This document shows, piece by piece, positions 57,330 through 64,000 of a DNA stretch of 64,000 nt. Within the stretch, counting starts at the first letter, position 1, and each line of letters opens with the position of its first letter. Source of the DNA: Ascoidea asiatica JCM 7603 (lineage: Eukaryota > Fungi > Ascomycota); NCBI GenBank assembly GCA_001600695.1, contig BCKQ01000003.1, forward strand, positions 590,003-654,002, read 5' to 3'. The notes under the pieces were generated by a model that saw only the letters and a program-made list of their open reading frames with translations, did no database searches and was not told where the DNA came from. The translations under genes were made by a program, and so were the position numbers.

Positions 57330-59739
57330 ATTTATTTATTTATTAATTTATTAATTTATTAATTTATTTATATATTTATGTATATTGTAATTGAGTAAAT
57401 TATCAATGAGTTAATATTTCCAAAGAAGAAAACTTATGTAAGTAAGTAATGAGTAATGAGTAATGAGTAATAAGTAATAAGTTATAAGTCAATATATTTA
57501 TATGTCTAAGTATTTATATATTGATATATATATTGATATATATATTGATATATTAATTGATATATATATTTTGATATATAAGATATGAATATGATTAAAT
57601 ATTATAATATATATAATATATATAATATGTATAATAACCTGATAATGGATTGATAAATATGAGAATAATATAATATATCTAAAATTTAAATATATAAATA
57701 TTTGAATAAATGAATAAAATAAATAAGTTAATAAGTAAGTTATTATAAATAAATAAATAAATAAATAAAAGAATGGTATGAATGGTATTATTTAATCAAT
57801 ACTTTATTTTTTATTAAATATATTAATATATTATTGAATATATTACTTTTATTATTATATTATTTATTGTAATATATAATACTATAATAATACTATGGTA
57901 CTTTCAGTGATTTGAATAAATCAAAAGGGAAAATGAGGATGATTGGGCAGCTTTGGAGAGAAAGTTGTGGTAAAAGCAGAAGAAAGAGCAAAAGCAAAAG
58001 CAGAAGCGGCAGCAGTGCAAAGCGGGCTAAATGAAATACCGGGTCACCACCCGTAGTAGGTCGCTCGCAGCTGGCACAAGTGTGGAGGAGTAGGATGTTG
58101 TGCTCGGAGGTTGTTTAACGGCGCTCAGCCTGCGCTACTTAGCACTGCCATGCCTCCGAGAGTGAACCGCATTCCAAATCTGAGGTCGGATTTTAGAAAA
58201 CTCAGCGAATTCGCAGAACTTTTGACGGATTTGGCTGGAGCTTGGATTTTTCCTAAATGCTAATTCCAGTGATAAGCGGTTACATACCGTCTTGGACCGT
58301 TTAAGTCCGTTGTAACAAGTGCTGACCTGTTAAAAAAGACGTACCTCTTAACTCAAATTGATTTAAGGTTGTTTAGTGAAACCAGTAAGTACAAGAAAAC
58401 AGGCTGTGTTTAGCAGACCTGGAAGCTTGACAAACGGTGCAGATACAGTTCCTATTGGTGTGATCCATATTAGCGACTATCTACCAGACACCACGGGTCC
58501 AGACCCCTTTAGCTAGCCAGTCTGAAGTGCCCCTGGTTGTGTGCAGCAGTGTACAGTGCTGTCTGTACTCGAGCATTTAAGTTTTGGAGTTGCGCAAAAG
58601 CAAAAGCAAAAAGAAAAGAAAAGAAAAACTCAGCTCGATCTCACTTCGATCTCAACTCGTTCGTTTCGTTCGTCTTCAGACGTTTCTTTGACATTTTGTT
58701 TGAGATGGCGTTGCTATGCAAATATTGCTAACACTGCTAACATTACGGTTACTATTTTCGGTTAGCGTTACAGGGCTGGCCATTGGCTACTAAACGCTAC
58801 TTGGAATTCGCCGGTTACGCGCACCAGCCATAGAAACTCCCCGTATATCTGCTGACTCAGCGCAAACCTCGTTTCAGTGGCTGTATAGTGGCTGTTCAGT
58901 GGCTGTTTTTAGGCTGGTGTTGAATCTGCGCTCAGTTTCTCTTAGCGGTCTAACAGCACTTCAAATAATATTCTTTTTAAATATTCTTTTTAAATACTCT
59001 TTTTACTATTTATTCTTCTTCACTGGCATATGTCATTTTCTTAACTAATTATTATTATTTCCCATTCTCAATATTCACACTAACTTCAATTTTAGTAAAT
59101 AATATTCATTCATTTTTATTCAATTCATTCAATTCATTCAATTTATCCAATTTATCCAATTCATTCTCCCATCATAAATAATATTCTTATTAATTATTTG
59201 TAATATTCATAAATATAATATCTGTCATAAAAACATTACAATCTTCATTTCAAATCCCATAACATAACATCTTCAATATTCAATCAATTGAATTGCCACT
59301 GAACTCGAACTCCTAAACTTTTTTTATTGTGTCTTTCTTCTTCACAAAATTTTCGTACTCAAAACCAGTTATTCAAACTTTATTCTACTTTATTCAACTC
59401 CTATCAACATGAACTAACATCGCTATACATTAGATACCATATCAATGGATCCGTATTTTTTTTCTACATTTTTGTTACAGAACCGAAAATCTGGTCTCAC
59501 TTCCTCAACTTTAAAGTTTTAGTTATGGGGTAGTAACTCAAAATTGATAAAAATGATAAAAATGGATAAAATTATTATATAAAAATGATAATATTATTTC
59601 AAATAGCAATTTTATTTTAAAATTTTACTATAAATATTTCCCTTATTTTACTTCTTTTTATATTAAAATTTTCTTAAAAAATTCTATTATCAATTTCAAA
59701 AAAAAAAAAAAAAAAAAAAAAAGAAAAATTATATAAAAA

Positions 59740-61527
59740 ATGTCTTTACATCCAGTTAATTCAGATAAATTAATTGAAAAATTATTATCTGAAGATAGTA
59801 ATAATGAAGAAGATAATAATAATAATAATAAAGAAAATAATCAATTATTAAATAAATTTCAAAAGAATATACAATCAAAAACAAAAACAAATCTGAAAAT
59901 TAAAAATAAATATTCAATTAAAAATTCAAATAATGAATTTTTATCAATTTTAAAAAATAAATTACCAAATATTGGTTTAAATAATTCAAATTTAACTTAT
60001 AATTTAATTCATAATGATTTAAATTTAGATGGTAATCCAAATTTAAATTTAGCTAGTTTTGTTAATACTTCAACAAATTTAAATTCTTTAAATTTAATTA
60101 ATCAAAATATTCTTAAAAATTTAGCTGATAATGATGAATATCCAATTTTAATGGATATTCATAAAAGATGTATTTCAATTTTATCTTCTTTATGGAATGC
60201 CCCAATTGATAATGATGATGATGATGATAATGATAATAATGATGATAACAATAATGAAGAAAAAACTCCAATTGGTTCTGCAACAACAGGTTCTTCAGAA
60301 GCTATAATGCTTGCAGGTTTAGCTTTTAAAAAAAGATGGCAATTGAAAATGAAATTAAATGGTAAAGATTTTTCAAATCCAAATATTATTATGGGTGCAA
60401 ATGCTCAAGTTGCTTTAGAAAAATTTGCAAGATATTTTGATGTTGAATCAAGATTAATTCCAGTTTCTAAAAAAAGTAATTATATTATAGATTTAAATAA
60501 AATTGAAGAAAATATAAATGAAAATACAATTGGAATTTTTATAATTTTAGGTTCAACTTATACTGGAGCTTTTGAAAATGTTTATAAAATTTCAAAAATT
60601 TTAGATCAAATTCAAATTAATAAAGGTTTTGATATTCCAATTCATATTGATGGTGCTTCTGGTGCAATGATTTCACCATTTTTATATCCAAATTTAATTT
60701 GGGATTTTAAAATTAAAAGAGTTCATTCAATTAATACTTCTGGTCATAAATTTGGTTTAACAACAGTTGGTTTAGGTTGGATAATTTGGAGATCAAAATC
60801 TTTTTTACCAAAAGAATTAATTTTTAAATTAAATTATTTAGGTGGTATTGAAGAAAGTTTTACTTTAAATTTCTCAAGACCTGGTTTTCAAGTTATTCAT
60901 CAATATTTTAATTTTTTAAATTTAGGTTTTCAAGGTTATAAAAAAATTTTTTTAAATTCTTTATATTATTCAAGATTATTATCTAAATTTTTAGAAGAAT
61001 CAAATTATTATGAATGTATTTCAAATATTCATAGAAAAAATGGTATATTAAATTTAAATGATCAAATTAATAAAAATTTATCTTTTAATATTGATGAAGA
61101 TCCTGAATTTTATAATTTTGGTTTACCTGTTGTTTGTTTTAAATTTTCAAATCAATTTAAATTAAATTATCCTGAAATTCCTCAATGTATAATTTCAAAT
61201 TTATTAAGAAATAAAGGTTTTATTATTCCAAATTATCCATTACCAAAAAATGAAGAAAATATTGAAGTTTTAAGAATTGTTGTAAGAAATGATTTAAATA
61301 TTGAATTACTTGATAAATTAATGTCAGATATTATTCAAGTTACAGAAACTTTAATAAATGCTGCAGAAATTGTTAAAAATTCAACAAAATTTGAATCTGA
61401 TGAAGCAAAAAGTGATAATAAAGATGTAATTTATAATATGTTATTATCAATTGCTTCTGCTGGAAATGAAGATATAAATTCAAAAGAAATATTTAAAGAA
61501 AAAAATTCTTTTAGATCAACTTGTTGA
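59740..61527 (+). CDS. GAD1: Glutamate decarboxylase (PLP-dependent)
   Basis: LDGNPNLNLASFV, TTGSSEAIMLAGLA, IHIDGASG, SINTSGHKFG (PLP Lys), FTLNFSRPG, LRIVVR. Confidence 0.95.
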   Translation: MSLHPVNSDKLIEKLLSEDSNNEEDNNNNNKENNQLLNKFQKNIQSKTKTNLKIKNKYSIKNSNNEFLSILKNKLPNIGLNNSNLTYNLIHNDLNLDGNPNLNLASFVNTSTNLNSLNLINQNILKNLADNDEYPILMDIHKRCISILSSLWNAPIDNDDDDDNDNNDDNNNEEKTPIGSATTGSSEAIMLAGLAFKKRWQLKMKLNGKDFSNPNIIMGANAQVALEKFARYFDVESRLIPVSKKSNYIIDLNKIEENINENTIGIFIILGSTYTGAFENVYKISKILDQIQINKGFDIPIHIDGASGAMISPFLYPNLIWDFKIKRVHSINTSGHKFGLTTVGLGWIIWRSKSFLPKELIFKLNYLGGIEESFTLNFSRPGFQVIHQYFNFLNLGFQGYKKIFLNSLYYSRLLSKFLEESNYYECISNIHRKNGILNLNDQINKNLSFNIDEDPEFYNFGLPVVCFKFSNQFKLNYPEIPQCIISNLLRNKGFIIPNYPLPKNEENIEVLRIVVRNDLNIELLDKLMSDIIQVTETLINAAEIVKNSTKFESDEAKSDNKDVIYNMLLSIASAGNEDINSKEIFKEKNSFRSTC

Positions 61528-61824
61528 AATCTATTCAATTAAATTAAATTTTATAATATCTTTTTTTTCTTATTTATCCTATATTTCTTTTTTTTTTCAA
61601 CTAAATAAATTATCTATTATAAATATTATGAATTTATAAATTATACTACAAGTTTTATCTATGAAAGTAAAATTGTATTTATTAATTATTATTTAGCGAT
61701 TGAAAAAAAAAAAAAGAAAGTCAAAGTCAAAGTCAAAGTCATTTACAAAAATAACTTATAATATAGCTAAGTAAATAAATTTATTTTCTATTTCATAATC
61801 ATATTAATTTGTATTTTCAAATTT

Positions 61825-62400
61825 TCAACTTGAATCATCTCCACTATCAGTGATATAATATTTTAATCCATCATCTTTAGAATCTTCATCATAATACTCT
61901 TCTTCATTTTCAAAGTATTCTTCTTCAAAGTCATTTTTTTGATAATATTTGGCAGAAGCTTCTTTTTCTTTAGATTCAATTTCTTCAAACTTTTCCCCTT
62001 TAAGCTCATTAAAGATTCTATCTAATAATTTATTATTCATTTCAATTTGATAATTACTATTTGAATTTTTATTATCATTAAGAACAAAATCTTGAATAAG
62101 TTGTTCATTTACATTAATAACCATCACTTCAATCAATTTTTCAATCCCATTTTTATCTTGTTGTTTTAAAACATCTTTTAAATTTCCAATATATCTAGGA
62201 GTTTCTTCTTTTTTTTCTTGTAATGTATTATTATCTTCAATTGATTTGAAATAATTATTGATTTCAGACTTAGAAGTATAATTTCCACCTAAAATTCTTT
62301 CAATTTTCTTTGATTCATAATTTTCATTCAATAGGTTTTTTTTAACAGGATTTGAATCTTCAAATCCAATAAGTATATGTGTTTTAATATTTTCATTCAT
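61825..62400 (-). CDS. Hypothetical acidic protein (probable ATG start at 62400)
   Basis: About 190-codon ORF with host-like composition; Reb1-like CCGGGTAA at 62882-62889 upstream; no recognisable motif. Confidence 0.5.
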   Translation of the reverse strand: MNENIKTHILIGFEDSNPVKKNLLNENYESKKIERILGGNYTSKSEINNYFKSIEDNNTLQEKKEETPRYIGNLKDVLKQQDKNGIEKLIEVMVINVNEQLIQDFVLNDNKNSNSNYQIEMNNKLLDRIFNELKGEKFEEIESKEKEASAKYYQKNDFEEEYFENEEEYYDEDSKDDGLKYYITDSGDDSS

Positions 62401-63446
62401 TTTTACCACTATATTATTTTATTTTATATGTATATATTTTAATACAGTATGCAAAGATTACCAAACTATTTATTTTCTTGTACAGATTTAATTTTAAATA
62501 ACTCAAGCAAAATAATTTCCTTCTTCAAATATATGTTTATTAGTTCTTAGAGAAAATATATCACTTATATTACTTTAAATCTACCCATAAAAGAAATCAG
62601 CCATTTTCAAAATCGCAAGATTTCCAAAAACCACAAAAACAAATTGCTTTCAAAGTTGTTAAATAAAGTTTGCCTCCAACAGAGTAACTCAAAAATGTAA
62701 ATAAAGCCACCAAAGGACTAAAAAGTAAAGAAACCAGGTAGAAAGAGTTTGATTGTTTAGCTTATTATTGAATTTAAACAATAAAGACTTATATAATAAT
62801 TTCAGTAATGGTATTTCAATTAACTTCAAATTCAGCTCTAGAACTTCAATCGTTGAAAAAAGCAAATTTAAAACTGCCGAGCCGGGTAACTATTTTGGCT
62901 TTTTGTGGTTTCCAGACCTAAACCTTAATTAACTTTAAAAATTGCGGAAATAGCAGAAAGATTGTTAAGAAACTTCGATTCTTTATTTTGGTGACTTACA
63001 TTTTCACTGCAAATCCCTTGAGATCTTTATAAAGAGATTCATAAGTAAAAAAATAACTTGGTATACTTGCATATCCAGTTTTTACTTATATAAATTTGAT
63101 ATGAAAATTAGCTATTAACTGTTATTTAAAAATGAGAATAAAAACAAGATTAATCAAACACTAAGTTTTAAGGTAAAAAAGTTTAACAGAAATTAATTAT
63201 ACAGTTTAAAAAATTGGCCCCTCTTGTTATTAGCATTGATTGAAGCAAGTTTTGTTTTGACAGTTATGACTTTATACATCCTCGTTTAAGTTAGTGACCA
63301 AATGATAAAGAAAAATAGAAAATTCAGTATTCTGCTATAAATTATTGTAATTGATATAGTTTTATATATGTAACATTTCTTAAATCTGTCTCAAACTTTG
63401 TTCAATTGATAACCTTTCTGATAATTCATCTTGAATTGCAAGTTCT

Positions 63447-63998
63447 TCAAATATTTTCTGGAAGATTGAAATATATCAATAAGCTGTAACCTATTATAAA
63501 CATTATAAATAATACTATTATTGTTTGTTGTGATATTTCAATATTTATAGCCTGTATCATAAACATTACCTTATTATTATTACAATTATTATTAATAAAA
63601 TTATAATAATTGAAACTAATTTCCAATTTTTTAGCAAATATTAATATAGCAATTAATCCAATAAAATCTTTTTTACATTTTATAAGTTCTGAACCAAATA
63701 CAATTAAAATAAATATAAATCCAATAAATATATCAAATTCAATATTCAGTTGTTTATTGATATGTAAAGAAATATTATTAAAATTTTGATAAATTTTAGG
63801 ATTTAATAATGGAACCATTGGTGGAATTAATATAAAAAATATTGTCAAAGCAATAGGAATTGAATATATTTTTTTAATTCGATGATTTATTGATGATTTT
63901 GTTAAATACAGATATAAATAATTTAAAATTATATTTATATTTTCTTTTGGTGAATTATATATAAAATTATTTAAATATCTTGAATTATTGTCAATCAT
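63447..63998 (-). CDS. Hypothetical multi-pass membrane protein, possibly 5'-truncated by the window edge
   Basis: 183-aa ORF with about 4 hydrophobic segments; frame runs to the window end. Confidence 0.45.
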   Translation of the reverse strand: MIDNNSRYLNNFIYNSPKENINIILNYLYLYLTKSSINHRIKKIYSIPIALTIFFILIPPMVPLLNPKIYQNFNNISLHINKQLNIEFDIFIGFIFILIVFGSELIKCKKDFIGLIAILIFAKKLEISFNYYNFINNNCNNNKVMFMIQAINIEISQQTIIVLFIMFIIGYSLLIYFNLPENI

Positions 63999-64000
63999 AT

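Noticed and set aside
54737-57354. Leu/Tyr/Ile-rich antisense and alternate-frame ORFs within Asn-rich genes (also 3340, 12632, 49151 and similar)
   Set aside because: Artefacts of (AAT)n repeats read in other frames.
1-64000. Transposons, LTRs, CRISPR arrays, rRNA, centromere
   Set aside because: No transposase, gag or pol ORF, paired LTR/TIR, repeat-spacer array, rRNA or CDEI-II-III arrangement was recognised by eye.

Overview
Eukaryotic nuclear DNA from a very AT-rich budding yeast (Saccharomycotina). Evidence: mostly intronless genes with clear yeast orthologues, GTATGT/TACTAAC/YAG introns, a yeast-type tRNA-Gly(GCC) and widespread poly-Asn expansion. By eye the composition resembles Ascoidea-type genomes, but this is inference only. 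About 25 protein genes are supported: a methyltransferase-fold protein, FMS1, FAR8, UBC7 (spliced), class I chitin synthase, a small secreted Cys-rich prepropeptide, a USP-domain protein, DUG3, FMO1, the SFU1/SreA GATA repressor, EXO1, an Iec1-like C2H2 protein, SRB7, an AA9 LPMO, ATG5, TRM140, Ecd/SGT1, MND2/APC15, a zinc-domain-only YVH1, EGD1 (spliced, absent from the ORF track), a GAT1/AreA-like factor, GAD1 and two orphans. Most notable observations: (1) EGD1/NAC-beta reads in frame only if a single-nucleotide exon (G at 52682) between two complete introns is included; (2) a secreted AA9 lytic polysaccharide monooxygenase, rare in budding yeasts, carries a non-CBM1 six-Cys C-terminal module; (3) a predicted Kex2-processed 8-Cys peptide has defensin-like (CS-alpha/beta) Cys spacing; (4) a start-less internal LSG1 fragment is flanked by an 8-bp direct repeat; (5) YVH1 lacks its phosphatase domain. 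All family assignments come from motif recognition by eye; no database search was run.
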